Origin: an uncultured Gemmatimonadaceae bacterium
GTDB taxonomy: Bacteria > Gemmatimonadota > Gemmatimonadetes > Gemmatimonadales > Gemmatimonadaceae
Direction: 5' to 3'
Length of the DNA stretch: 64,000 nucleotides
Assembly: GCA_963817955.1 (NCBI GenBank)
Contig: CAWFQK010000005.1
Coordinates: 96,001 to 160,000, forward strand
This document shows positions 20,421 through 30,297 of this stretch, one piece after another; the stretch's first letter is position 1, and each line of letters starts with the position of its first letter. A program made the translations under genes and the position numbers. Below the pieces are notes generated by a model, which saw nothing but the letters and a program-made list of their open reading frames with translations, was not told where the DNA came from and did not search any database.

Positions 20421-21266
20421 ATGAGCAGCACCCAACTTCACACCCTCTTCGCTTCCCTCGCCGCCGCGGCGGCCGCGACCTTTGGTAGCGCGCCATCAAT
20501 CGCCTCGGCACAACAGGGCGTCGCGAGTGCCGGGCAGTACGCCGCACGCACGAAGGCAGGCGCCAATGACGACGCGGACTCGACCGACGACGCCCATGCG
20601 CGGTACTCCTTCAAGTCACGTGCGGACAGCATCTCTTGGGCGCGCAACCGTGCAATCGCCGCGCGCGCATCAGGCTTTCGCTTGGTCGTATCGCTACAGG
20701 ATCGCCATTTGTGGGCGATCGTCGACGAGGATACCGTGCTGAGCGCCCCGGCCGCGGTGGCAAAAGGAACGACGCTCGATTTTGGAAAATCGGAATGGAA
20801 GTTCGAAACGCCGCGCGGCATTCGTAGAGTCCTCGGCAAGGAAGCAGACCCGATCTGGCAGCCACCCGAGTGGTTGTACGCCGAGACGGCGCTCGAACAC
20901 GATCTCAAACTCGGCCATCTGAGCGCCGGCCACCCGATCAAGTTGAGCGACGGACGCCTGCTCACCGTGCAGAACGACGAGGTCGGCGTGATCGAGAATG
21001 GCCAGTTCGCGCCGATGCCGACCGACGAGCACATCGTCTTCGACAACACGCTCTACGTGCCACCGTTGGGCACGAAGAACCGCAAGGTGGAAGGCGAGCT
21101 CGGAAAGTATCGTCTCATCCTTGGGGATGGGTACCTGCTGCACGGTACGCCCTACAAGGAATCGATCGGCATGGCCGCGACGCACGGATGCGTACGCTTG
21201 CGTGACGAGGACATTGAATGGTTGTACGAACACGTCCCCGTTGGAACGCGCGTGTACATATACTGA
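20421..21266 (+). CDS. L,D-transpeptidase (YkuD family)
   Basis: Signal peptide; LHGTP...ATHGCVRL...VPVGTRVYIY. Confidence 0.92.
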   Translation: MSSTQLHTLFASLAAAAAATFGSAPSIASAQQGVASAGQYAARTKAGANDDADSTDDAHARYSFKSRADSISWARNRAIAARASGFRLVVSLQDRHLWAIVDEDTVLSAPAAVAKGTTLDFGKSEWKFETPRGIRRVLGKEADPIWQPPEWLYAETALEHDLKLGHLSAGHPIKLSDGRLLTVQNDEVGVIENGQFAPMPTDEHIVFDNTLYVPPLGTKNRKVEGELGKYRLILGDGYLLHGTPYKESIGMAATHGCVRLRDEDIEWLYEHVPVGTRVYIY

Positions 21267-21309
21267 CGGCGGCAAGGCAGTAGCCTTGCGCTCCGCGCTG
21301 TACGATGAC

Positions 21310-21341
21310 AAAGGCCCCCCGTATGAGCACGGGGGGCCTTT
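21310..21341. terminator. Bidirectional terminator between convergent genes
   Basis: aaaggccccccgt-atgagc-acggggggccttt. Confidence 0.75.
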
Positions 21342-21355
21342 GCTTGCCATAGGTC

Positions 21356-21385
21356 GGGATACTGCTCGCTTCGCTCGAGATGATA
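21356..21385 (-). repeat. Degenerate REP-like copy
   Basis: Reverse complement tatcatctcgagcgaagcgagcagtatccc resembles the REP consensus. Confidence 0.5.
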
Positions 21386-21469
21386 CAGTGCAATCATGGC
21401 GTCAGGCAAGCGTCAACCATTTGGGATGGCGTGAGTTGGACTTCTGGAAGCGGTTCCCCGTACCGCCGT

Positions 21470-22402
21470 CTACCGATCTACTCGTGCCGGTGTCTCGTTC
21501 CCGCCGTCCACCACGAACTTCCAAGTGCCGTCCACCTGGCGCTCCCACACAGTGAGGTACTTCCCGAAGCGCTGTACCGCGGCCCCTGTCGGACCACGAC
21601 CAGTGACGACGTACTCGCCAACGCTGAAGCCGAGGTCATTCGATCCGGCCACTGACGCGTACACAGGATGCCAGGTGAGCGACGACCCGCCACCATGTGC
21701 CAGATAGTACTTGTTCACCGCAACCGGACCGATGACGAGTTGCGGGTTGCCGAACACCATGCCGTCCGGCGCAACGGTGTTCGAGAACGCGTACGCCACG
21801 CCCATGCGGTCGGCCAGATCAGCAAACGAACTGTCGGCGGCACGCATGTGCGCCGTGGCGTCGGCGAGGTCGCGCGACATGGTCCGTGTGGGCGGCGTCA
21901 GCTGGTCGGCAGTGAAGCTGGTCTCTGACGCGGTCTCTGGTCCAATTTCAGCGTAGGCAGCAATCCGCCAGGGTTGTCTTGGATCGCGATGCCAGAAAGC
22001 GATGTACCGATCCACCTGGACGCGGCGCGATTGGGGCCTCGCATAGACAGCGACCCCGAACGTATATGCCGATCGCAAATCGTATGACACACCGCCACCC
22101 AGTGGCTGCCAGGATTGCGCGATGGCATCGCCGCCGATGTCCGGCGCACTCAGCACTGTGCGCACCGCGTTTCGCCCATAGACCGCCGGCAGACCACCCC
22201 GCAGATACACGACGTCAGCAGCGAGCAGCGACAAGGACCCGTTCACCAGACCGCGCGCGGCCACTGAATCTCCGCGCGTCTGATCGAGTTGAAAGAGGCT
22301 ATCGCGTGCCGGTAGGCGCGCCGGCTCCGGAGCCGCCACGTGGTGCCGCAGACTACATCCGCACAGCATCAATAGCGCTGGAAGAAGCGACCGCGTCGTC
22401 AT
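21470..22402 (-). CDS. Tandem NTF2-like (DUF4440/SnoaL) lipoprotein
   Basis: Lipobox LCGC; two domains ending YIAFWHR..WRI and GKYLTVWERQVDGTWKFVVDGG. Confidence 0.8.
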   Translation of the reverse strand: MTTRSLLPALLMLCGCSLRHHVAAPEPARLPARDSLFQLDQTRGDSVAARGLVNGSLSLLAADVVYLRGGLPAVYGRNAVRTVLSAPDIGGDAIAQSWQPLGGGVSYDLRSAYTFGVAVYARPQSRRVQVDRYIAFWHRDPRQPWRIAAYAEIGPETASETSFTADQLTPPTRTMSRDLADATAHMRAADSSFADLADRMGVAYAFSNTVAPDGMVFGNPQLVIGPVAVNKYYLAHGGGSSLTWHPVYASVAGSNDLGFSVGEYVVTGRGPTGAAVQRFGKYLTVWERQVDGTWKFVVDGGNETPARVDR

Positions 22403-22513
22403 GCTTCCACGCTATCGACCCCTCGAACGCCGCGCCAGGGTTGCGCCAGAGCATCTCGACGGTTTCTCTCGGCTATAAGTCTTTCAGTCAGCGCTACTTG
22501 GATGCCGGCTCGG

Positions 22514-22529
22514 CGGCACACGGATTGCG
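22514..22529 (+). promoter_or_regulatory. sigma54 -24/-12 promoter
   Basis: cGGcacacggattGC, near consensus TGGCAC-N5-TTGC. Confidence 0.65.
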
Positions 22530-22619
22530 CTTGGGCGGGACGCTCGTTCCCCCGCTACCCGGGTCAGCCATGAGTCAGCGAAGAAGCCCGCGCGCACGTC
22601 TGGTCAGCGAGCGTAACGC

Positions 22620-22862
22620 ATGAAAGTCGAGCAGCGCTGGCCGTCCACGCAGATGGCCCCGTCCACACGCGTGCGGATGATCGTCTCCGACGACGGTCGG
22701 CTATGGACGGTGCGCGAAGTACAAGCGCCGCCGTACGACCGGCGAGGAGCGCTCTCGCTCGTATTCGCCACGGACGACGCCATGCGTCGCGTACGGCATT
22801 ACCGCAGCGATTGGTTCGAGTGCTCGGATGTCGAACTGTACGCCATCAGCCTTCAGAAATAG
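22620..22862 (+). CDS. Small hypothetical protein (W-x-V-x-E...RRV...DW domain)
   Basis: Shares a motif with the N-terminus of the 29689 protein; sigma54-like promoter upstream. Confidence 0.75.
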   Translation: MKVEQRWPSTQMAPSTRVRMIVSDDGRLWTVREVQAPPYDRRGALSLVFATDDAMRRVRHYRSDWFECSDVELYAISLQK

Positions 22863-22866
22863 TCGG

Positions 22867-24156
22867 TCATATGGCAGAACGACGCTCGCGCACCTCGCGC
22901 CGTTGCCGGGGTAGCGTCAGCGTGAACGCTGAACCGTGGCCGAGTTGACTGGTCACCGTGATGTCGCCCCCCATGGCGCGCGCCAAGTCGCGGCTGATGG
23001 GCAGCCCCAGTCCCGTGCCGTCGCGTTTGGATGACGGATCTCCAACCTGTACGAACGGCTCGAATACCGCGCTGAGATATCCGTCCCGAATGCCGCACCC
23101 AGTATCAGCAACGTGTATGGACACTCGATCATCGCACGCCTCACACATGATCGTGATATGCCCGCCGGGCTCGGTGAACTTGATGGCGTTCGACAACAAG
23201 TTGACCAGGATCTGACGCGTCTTTTCGGGATCGGCATAGGTCGTCAGTTCGCAGTCAGCTGTGTCGCGCGCGGTGGCCACGACGTGCAGGCGCTTCGCCA
23301 GGGCCTGCGGCTCGACGAGCGTCTGCACATCGCTGATGATGTCGCGCACGACGATGTCGCGTGCATCGAGTTCCAGGCGGCCGGCCTCGATCTTGGCGTA
23401 GTCGAGTACCTCAGTGATCACGCCGATCAGATGCTGCTCGCTGCGCCGGATGCGTTCGAGCATCTCCTTTTGCTGCGCCGTGACCGGTCCATGGAGCCCC
23501 ATGGCGATCAGGTCGACGTAGCCGCCAATGGCGTTGAGCGGCGTGCGCAACTCGTGACTCATGGCGGCAAGGAAGCGCGCCTTGGCCGCGTTCGCCTCCT
23601 GTGCGATTTCTGACTCGTGCTCAGCCGCCGACGCGCGGCGGTCGCTTCGCATGGCGTTCGTGACGTCTTCCACGCGGTGAATGACGTAGGTCACCCGCGC
23701 GTCTTCGTCGAACACCGGGATGTTCGTCGGACTCCAGAACCGCTCCTCCCACCCGCCATCGGCCTGGCGCACGTTGTACTGATGCACCCGCATGGTTTCC
23801 AACGTGCCGCTCTCGACAACGCGTCCCAGCGACGCGAGCAGCGCGCGGACACTGGTCGGACTCCATTGCCCCGGTTGCTCGGCAAACACGTCGGACAGGG
23901 CGCGACCGAGAATGCTCCTGCCGGAGCCATCGGGGGCCGTCATCGTGGTGCGCAGATACGCATCGGTCACGGTGACGATGGTGAAGCGCGGCGGATCGGC
24001 GCGCACTACCAGGAGTGGAACGGGGACCGCGTCGAGCAGCCTCCGCAGGTCGCGCACCGGCATGCGCGTTCTTGCTGTGGAACGCCATGGTGCGCCGCCT
24101 GTTCTGCCGATCCAATCCGCTTCCATGATGACCACCTCCTGCCAGCCGATGGTCAT
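22867..24156 (-). CDS. Soluble PAS sensor histidine kinase
   Basis: PAS (EERFWSPTNIPV), MSHELRTPLNAI, NLLSNAIKFT, GTGLGL. Exact start uncertain. Confidence 0.92.
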   Translation of the reverse strand: MTIGWQEVVIMEADWIGRTGGAPWRSTARTRMPVRDLRRLLDAVPVPLLVVRADPPRFTIVTVTDAYLRTTMTAPDGSGRSILGRALSDVFAEQPGQWSPTSVRALLASLGRVVESGTLETMRVHQYNVRQADGGWEERFWSPTNIPVFDEDARVTYVIHRVEDVTNAMRSDRRASAAEHESEIAQEANAAKARFLAAMSHELRTPLNAIGGYVDLIAMGLHGPVTAQQKEMLERIRRSEQHLIGVITEVLDYAKIEAGRLELDARDIVVRDIISDVQTLVEPQALAKRLHVVATARDTADCELTTYADPEKTRQILVNLLSNAIKFTEPGGHITIMCEACDDRVSIHVADTGCGIRDGYLSAVFEPFVQVGDPSSKRDGTGLGLPISRDLARAMGGDITVTSQLGHGSAFTLTLPRQRREVRERRSAI

Positions 24157-24252
24157 GCATCTCCTGCACCTGCAAGACCGAACGCTTCCGCAGGCGCCGG
24201 CCGAGCACGCGAACAGCTGTCGGCCGTACCGAGCCGTGAAGGGCAGTGCGGA

Positions 24253-24855
24253 TCAGCGCGTAGTCGTTCTCGTATCGAACAACCAGTACAGCACGCCAGA
24301 GCTCGTGGCGCCGAGTAACGGGACGACGCTCACCGTTGCCCGCACCTCGACTGGCGTGTCGCCCATCCGGTGCAGAACCAGTCGCCAGTCGGTGACCATG
24401 GAGTCCGCCGCGAGACGCGAAACCTGTTTGCGAAATGCGTCGCGCTGCCCAACCTCGACCAGTGCGGCCATCGGTTTCCGTTCGAGGTAGCGCCCTTCGC
24501 GCCGGAACAACTCCGAGGCGGCGAGGTTCGTCTCGAGAATGGTCGCGTAGAGATCCGTAATCAACACCGGCAACGGCGAGTGCAGGAACAGGTTTCGATA
24601 ATGAAACAGGCGCTCGTCCTCGGCCGCGCGCGCGGCCCCGAGCAGCGCGTTCTGCTCACGCAGTTCCTCTTCCGCAACCTTCAACTCTTCGAGCGATGTC
24701 ATCAGCAATCCGGTGACCGCCGGCAATGCATCGGCACGATGGGCCGGGGGACAATCGCTCGAGCCATCGAGCACTTCGCTGGCCCGTGTGAGAACGGTGT
24801 GGCGACAACGCGCCAGTGCCGATAGGGTGGGATTGGATTCTGTTTCGGCGAGCAT
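24253..24855 (-). CDS. Coiled-coil plus PAS protein without output domain
   Basis: SLEELKVAEEELREQN helix, then YRNLFLHSP...ETNLAA PAS; paralogous to the N-terminus of the 25100 gene. Confidence 0.85.
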   Translation of the reverse strand: MLAETESNPTLSALARCRHTVLTRASEVLDGSSDCPPAHRADALPAVTGLLMTSLEELKVAEEELREQNALLGAARAAEDERLFHYRNLFLHSPLPVLITDLYATILETNLAASELFRREGRYLERKPMAALVEVGQRDAFRKQVSRLAADSMVTDWRLVLHRMGDTPVEVRATVSVVPLLGATSSGVLYWLFDTRTTTR

Positions 24856-25099
24856 TGGTGCCTCTCTGTGACGTCGTTTTCCAGTACGACTGCACCGTAC
24901 CTACAAGGCAAATTTTGTGCTGGCGCCGTACCGCTGAGGGTTGCGGCGCCACCGGCCACCGTTATGACGGAACTCGCGCAGAATGATGTCAGGCAATTCC
25001 CGGAATTGCGTTGGTCTGGTTCGCGGCATACGATCCGATGAGGACCAGGCGTCCACCGCAGCGACGTTCCTGGCCCTCCGCATCTTCGTCCATTAAGAG

Positions 25100-26532
25100 A
25101 TGTCTGATTCCCCGGAACAAGGCGCGCGCGCCACACCGGCGCAGGGATGGAGTCTCCCGATCGCCTTCTGGCAGGACGAAGTCGCGCAAGCTCGCTCGCG
25201 CGTCGCGGCCATGCGCGCCGGCACGTCCGCGAACGATCATGCATCGGGCGGCGCGCCCGCGTTGCACGAGCTGTCGCTGAGTTTCGAGGAGCTCTCCGTC
25301 GCCGAAGAGGAGCTGCGCACACAGAACGAAGAACTCGTACGGACATACGCGGCGGTCGACGCCGACCGCCAGCGCTATCGCGAGTTGTTCGAACACGCGC
25401 CCGTCGCCTATCTCGTCACCGACGAGCACGGCATCATCCAGGAGGCGAACGAATCTGCGAGCCGTCTCTTTGGTTGCCGCCGCGAGTGGATACAGGCAAA
25501 CCCCTCGTCGTGTTTGCACCGCAGTCGTCGCGCCGAGCGTTGCGGACATGGCTCGGATCGCTCGCCACGATCGAGGGGAGCATCACACGCTCCTTTCAGA
25601 TCCGGGACCGTCATGGGCACATCAGGCGGATCGAAGCCAGCGTCGCCGTGGCTCGTCGCATTGCCGATGCCGGCGTGGAGCTGCGGTGGCTGCTGGTCGA
25701 CCGAACCAAGCGCGCACGCCGCGAGCGGGAGCAACGCGCACGGGCGGCCGAGCTCGAAACTCTGGTCGCGGCGCGCACGGCAGAACTGCTGCAAGCGCAG
25801 GCGACGAAGGACCGGCTCGTGGCTACCGTGAGCCACGAGTTTCGCACGGCGTTGTCGGCAATCGGCGGCTACGCGGAGCTGCTGGCGATGGGCCTTCGTG
25901 GTCCGCTCACCGAACCACAAGCCGAGGACGTGCGACGCATCCAGCGGGCGTACCATCATCTCAGCCACGTCGTCGACGACTTGCTGAGCTACAGCAAGAT
26001 CATTTCGGGGCATCTGTCTCTGCACGTGACCGACGTGGCGCTGCGCGATGCGTTACGCGCCATTGCAGAATTGGTGATGCCGCAGGCGGCAGCGCGCCAC
26101 ATCACCATCACGCTCGGCGATACCGATCAAAGCCTGGTGGTCCGCGCGGACACCGACCGGTTGCGCCAGATCGTCCTGAACCTGCTTGGCAACGCGATCA
26201 AATTCGTTCCGACGCAGGGTCGTATCGACGTGCGCTGCCGCGCGGATGCAACCGACGTGTACGTCGACGTTGCGGACAACGGACCAGGCATTCCTCCAGC
26301 AGAGCGGGAAGGCGTATTCGAGGCTTTCGTGAGCCATCCTTCCCCGGCTGGCGTTGTGGGCACCGGACTCGGAATGGCGATCAGCCGCGATCTCGCGCGT
26401 GCCATGGGAGGAGATCTCGCCATCAAGCCGCAGGAAGACGGTGGAAGTTGTTTCGTGCTTCGCCTGCCGCGGAGCACGCCTCTTGCGACCATCGACTGCC
26501 GTGTCGAGCCGAATACAGACCCTGGATCATAG
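25100..26532 (+). pseudogene. Coiled-coil/PAS histidine kinase with a single-base frameshift near 25495
   Basis: Frame 25100 reads to REWIQ; the continuation GKPLVVF...SHEFRT...NAIKF...GTGLG is in the 25147 frame; one extra G in caggcaaa joins them. Confidence 0.85.
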
Positions 26533-26549
26533 CCAGCCGGAGGGCGTGG

Positions 26550-27590
26550 ATGTTAAGACGGGACATCATCGTGATTGGAGGGTCGGCAGGCGGAGTCGAA
26601 GCCCTCGAGACCATCGCCCGGACGCTTCCAGCATCGTTTGACGGATCGATCTTCGCCACGCTGCACTTTCCGGAGCACGGTACGAGTCTGCTCCCGGCGA
26701 TCCTGTCGCGAGTGAGTGCCGTTCCCGCCTCGCACGCCACGGACGGGGAGGCGATCATGCCAGGGCGAATCTACGTCGCGTCCCCTGACTACCACTTGTT
26801 ACTGACGCAGGACCGGATACGACTGGTTCGAGGCCCGAGAGAAAACGGCAGCCGCCCTGCCGTCGACGTCTTGTTTCGCTCTGCGGCCCTCGCCTTCGGG
26901 AGACGCGTGATTGGCGTCGTGCTCACCGGCAACCTCGACGATGGAACCGCCGGTCTCGCGGCGATCAAGCGACGTGGCGGCATCGCCGTCGTTCAGGACC
27001 CTGACAGCGCACTGTTTCCATCTATGCCACGCAGCGCGCTCGACAACGTTGCCGTGGATCGCGTGGTGAGCATCCAGCAACTCACCCAGGTGCTGATCGA
27101 ACTCATGGTCGAGCTCCCGCCTGACAACGAGATTCCGCCGACCGAACGCGACATCATGGAAAACGAGCTTGCCGCCGGAAACGTGCGCGCAATGGATCAT
27201 GCCGAAGAGCAGCATCCCGGTGTGCCATCTGCGTTCTCCTGCCCCGATTGCGGCGGCGTGCTCTGGGAACTGCACGACGGTGAATTCACCCGGTTTCGTT
27301 GCCGCGTCGGTCACGCCTGGACCGCCAATGCACTGTACGGCGAGCAAGCAAGAAAACTTGACGAGGCGCTCTGGACCGCGCTCCGCGCGCTCGAGGAAAG
27401 CGCGGCGCTCTCGCGCCGGATGGCGGCGCGCCACCGAGCACGCGGCTCGGATGGGCTCGCCGCGCGATTCGAAGCGCAGGCAGACCAGGCGACGTCTCGC
27501 GCCGGCGTGATTCGTGATGCCATTGCCGCTGACCGAGAATTGGACGAACAATCCATTGCCCAGGACGGAATTCCCAAGCGAGCGTCCTGA
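26550..27590 (+). CDS. cheB: CheB-type methylesterase without REC domain, with a C-terminal Cys-rich and helical extension
   Basis: GGSAGG, TLHF, RPAVDVLF, LTGNLDDG; then CPDCGG...CRVGH. It is the C-terminal part of track ORF 25470..27590. Confidence 0.92.
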   Translation: MLRRDIIVIGGSAGGVEALETIARTLPASFDGSIFATLHFPEHGTSLLPAILSRVSAVPASHATDGEAIMPGRIYVASPDYHLLLTQDRIRLVRGPRENGSRPAVDVLFRSAALAFGRRVIGVVLTGNLDDGTAGLAAIKRRGGIAVVQDPDSALFPSMPRSALDNVAVDRVVSIQQLTQVLIELMVELPPDNEIPPTERDIMENELAAGNVRAMDHAEEQHPGVPSAFSCPDCGGVLWELHDGEFTRFRCRVGHAWTANALYGEQARKLDEALWTALRALEESAALSRRMAARHRARGSDGLAARFEAQADQATSRAGVIRDAIAADRELDEQSIAQDGIPKRAS

Positions 27591-27601
27591 TGTCATCCGG
27601 C

Positions 27602-27617
27602 TGGCGCGCACCGTGCC
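27602..27617 (+). promoter_or_regulatory. sigma54 -24/-12-like site upstream of cheR
   Basis: tGGcgcgcaccgtGC. Confidence 0.5.
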
Positions 27618-27689
27618 AGACATGATACTTACACGCGCCGCGCGCGGCGCATCCGACGCAGCGCGACTCCTCTTCCGCCACCGTCCATC

Positions 27690-29636
27690 GTGTCTGAACA
27701 AGCCAACGACCTCGAGGCTCTCCTCGACTATTTGAAGCGGACGCGTGGGTTCGATTTCACCGGGTACAAGCGCACCAGCCTCGAGCGTCGAATCCTCAAA
27801 CGCATGCAGAGCGTGAGGGTGGCGTCATTCGCCGACTACCTCGATTATCTCGAGGTACACCCCGAAGAGTTCCCCGGGTTGTTCAACACGGTGCTCATCA
27901 ATGTCACCAGCTTCTTTCGCGACCCATCCACCTGGGAGTTCATCGCGGAATCAGTGATCCCCGATCTGCTGGCCCAACGCGCCTCCGGACACCCCCTTCG
28001 GGTGTGGAGCGCGGGATGTGCCTCGGGTGAAGAAGCGTATACCTTGGCGATGTTGTTCGCCGAAGCGCTCGGCGTCGATGCGTTCCAGGAACGGGTGAAG
28101 ATCTACGCCACCGATGTCGACGAAGAAGCACTCGCCAAGGCGCGCCAGGCGGCTTACAGCGAGCAGGAAGTGGCCGACATACCGCCGGCCCTGCTGAAGA
28201 AGTACTTCGAAAAGAGCGGCGGGCTGTACGTGTTCCGGAAGGACCTCAGACGCCATGTGATCTTCGGCCGGCACGACCTCATCCAGGACGCACCGATCTC
28301 GCACGTCGACATGCTCGTGTGTCGGAACACGCTCATGTACTTCAACGCGGAAACGCAGGCGAAGATCATCGCGCGATTCCAGTATGCGCTGGCCGACCAC
28401 GGCGTGCTGGTCCTGGGACGCGCCGAGACGTTGATGACGCACACGAACGCGTTCACGCCGCTCGATCTCAAGCGCCGCGTTTCGAAGAAGCTGCCGGCAA
28501 GCGCATACCGCGGCGATCGTCTGAAGTTCGCTGCGCGGCAGGCACAAGGTGACCAGCCGGAGCCCACCGACCAGGGGCTGCTCCGTGATGCGGCGTTCGA
28601 CGCGAATCAGACCGCGCAACTGGTGGTTCAGGTGAATGGCAGTCTCGCGCTGGCGAACGAGCGCGCCCGCGCGATGTTCGGCATTTCGCCCAGCGACGTC
28701 GCGCGCCCGTTGCAGGACCTCAAGATCTCGTATCGTCCCATTGAGTTGCGATCCATCATCGAACGCGTGTACCTCGAGCGCCGTCCGACGGTGCTGCCCG
28801 ACGTCGAGTGGATGTCGCTCAGCGGCGACAATCGTTGGCTGGAGGTGACCGTGGTGCCGCTGATCGGTCCGCTACGCGGAGTGATCGCCGGTGCAAGTAT
28901 CACGTTTCACGACATCACGGCAGCCAAGCGACTCCAGCGCGATCTCGAGCACACCCATCAGGAGCTCGAGACAGCGTACGAGGAGTTGCAATCGACGAAC
29001 GAGGAACTGGAGACCACGAACGAGGAGCTTCAGTCGACCGTGGAAGAGCTCGAGACGACGAACGAGGAGCTACAGGCGACGAACGAAGAGTTCGGGACAA
29101 TGAATGAGGAGTTGCAGTCGACGAACGAAGAGCTGCAGACGATGAACGACGAGCTCCGTCGACGCGACGAAGAGATCAATCGGGCCAACGCGTTTCTCGA
29201 GAGCATACTCGGCAGCCTGAACGGCGCGGTGATTGTCGTCGATCGCAAACTCAACGTTCTCCTTTGGAATGAAGGGGCGGAGGAGTTGTGGGGACTGCAC
29301 GAGGAAGAGCTGCGCGGCAAGAGTTTCCTCGACCTCGACATCGGCTTGCCGACCGAGCAGCTCGAGCAGCCCCTCCGCGCCTGCTTGAGCGGAGAACAAG
29401 AGCGCGCTTCGCTCACGATCGACGCGATCAATCGACGGGGCCACGACCTTACCTGCCGCGTGTCAGTATCGCCGGCACGCCCCCGCACCGGCGATATCCT
29501 CGGCGCAATTCTCGTCACGGAAGTCGTACTCGCAATCAAGCGAAACGGGCCCGGGAATGGCGACCGCGACGGCGCGAACGGACGCACCCAAACCCCCGCC
29601 AACGCAAAAAAACCGACACTGAACCGCGAGCGCTGA
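27690..29636 (+). CDS. cheR: CheR methyltransferase with PAS-coiled coil-PAS
   Basis: NVTSFFRD, WSAGCASGEEAY, ATDVD, CRNTLMYF; (EELQSTN/EELETTN)n coil between two PAS domains. Confidence 0.93.
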   Translation: MSEQANDLEALLDYLKRTRGFDFTGYKRTSLERRILKRMQSVRVASFADYLDYLEVHPEEFPGLFNTVLINVTSFFRDPSTWEFIAESVIPDLLAQRASGHPLRVWSAGCASGEEAYTLAMLFAEALGVDAFQERVKIYATDVDEEALAKARQAAYSEQEVADIPPALLKKYFEKSGGLYVFRKDLRRHVIFGRHDLIQDAPISHVDMLVCRNTLMYFNAETQAKIIARFQYALADHGVLVLGRAETLMTHTNAFTPLDLKRRVSKKLPASAYRGDRLKFAARQAQGDQPEPTDQGLLRDAAFDANQTAQLVVQVNGSLALANERARAMFGISPSDVARPLQDLKISYRPIELRSIIERVYLERRPTVLPDVEWMSLSGDNRWLEVTVVPLIGPLRGVIAGASITFHDITAAKRLQRDLEHTHQELETAYEELQSTNEELETTNEELQSTVEELETTNEELQATNEEFGTMNEELQSTNEELQTMNDELRRRDEEINRANAFLESILGSLNGAVIVVDRKLNVLLWNEGAEELWGLHEEELRGKSFLDLDIGLPTEQLEQPLRACLSGEQERASLTIDAINRRGHDLTCRVSVSPARPRTGDILGAILVTEVVLAIKRNGPGNGDRDGANGRTQTPANAKKPTLNRER

Positions 29637-29688
29637 TCGGCGAGCATGAACCGTGCACGTTTGCTTTCATTCTGGGAGGCCGGCCCTG

Positions 29689-30297
29689 ATGCGAGAGTTG
29701 ACCCGAAACGGAACGCCGTGGTGTGTGCACGAGCTCGACACGTCCCGCGTGCCCGGCGCACGAGCGGACCATTGCCTCATCTACGAGAGCGAGGACGTCG
29801 TCCGCCGCGTATGGGCATATCCGCCAGACTGGGATGCGCTCGCTGACGACCTGCTCTGGGCACTGATGGAGTCGCGTTCCGCGACGTACGCACCGAGCCC
29901 CCAGGAAACGGCAGAGTCGACGCTCACGCGCGAGCGAGCGGTAGAGATCCCGGTCACGCGCGAGCTCGCGACTATCGAGCGGGCGTTTGACGTTACGGCA
30001 CGTACGCGCTCGCTGCTGGCAGAGCTCCATGTGTCGCGGGAGTGCAGTCAGAGCCTGATCGACGAACAGCGCGAGCTACGAGAGCGTTGTCGAACGGTTC
30101 ATCAGGCAATGCAGGAGTCGGTGCGGGCCTACGCCATGTTGCTGCGGCGGGACGGCGTGCCGCCGGAACAGGCCTTGGTTCTGATCAAGCAGGCAATGCA
30201 GGGGGGCATCACCGGTCCCTGTTTGGACGAGATGGCGGCCGAGCAGGTGTTGCGCCACGGTGTTGAATGGTGCATCGACGCGTACTTCGCGGCGTGA
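29689..30297 (+). CDS. Hypothetical protein (small W-x-V-x-E domain plus helical C-terminal domain)
   Basis: GGAGG upstream; N-terminus similar to the 22620 protein; C-terminus ...GVPPEQALVLIK...WCIDAYF. Confidence 0.75.
   Translation: MRELTRNGTPWCVHELDTSRVPGARADHCLIYESEDVVRRVWAYPPDWDALADDLLWALMESRSATYAPSPQETAESTLTRERAVEIPVTRELATIERAFDVTARTRSLLAELHVSRECSQSLIDEQRELRERCRTVHQAMQESVRAYAMLLRRDGVPPEQALVLIKQAMQGGITGPCLDEMAAEQVLRHGVEWCIDAYFAA

Noticed and set aside
25470..27590. 706-aa CheB fusion protein
   Set aside because: The N-terminal part is an off-frame reading of the kinase gene; CheB starts at 26550.
28960..29150. 21-nt DNA repeats in cheR as a separate repeat element
   Set aside because: They only encode the EELxxTN coiled coil and vary at synonymous positions.
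30209..30297. Convergent 89-nt overlap of cfa with its neighbour as a regulatory feature
   Set aside because: The cfa tail is low-information sequence; stop-codon drift in GC-rich DNA explains it.
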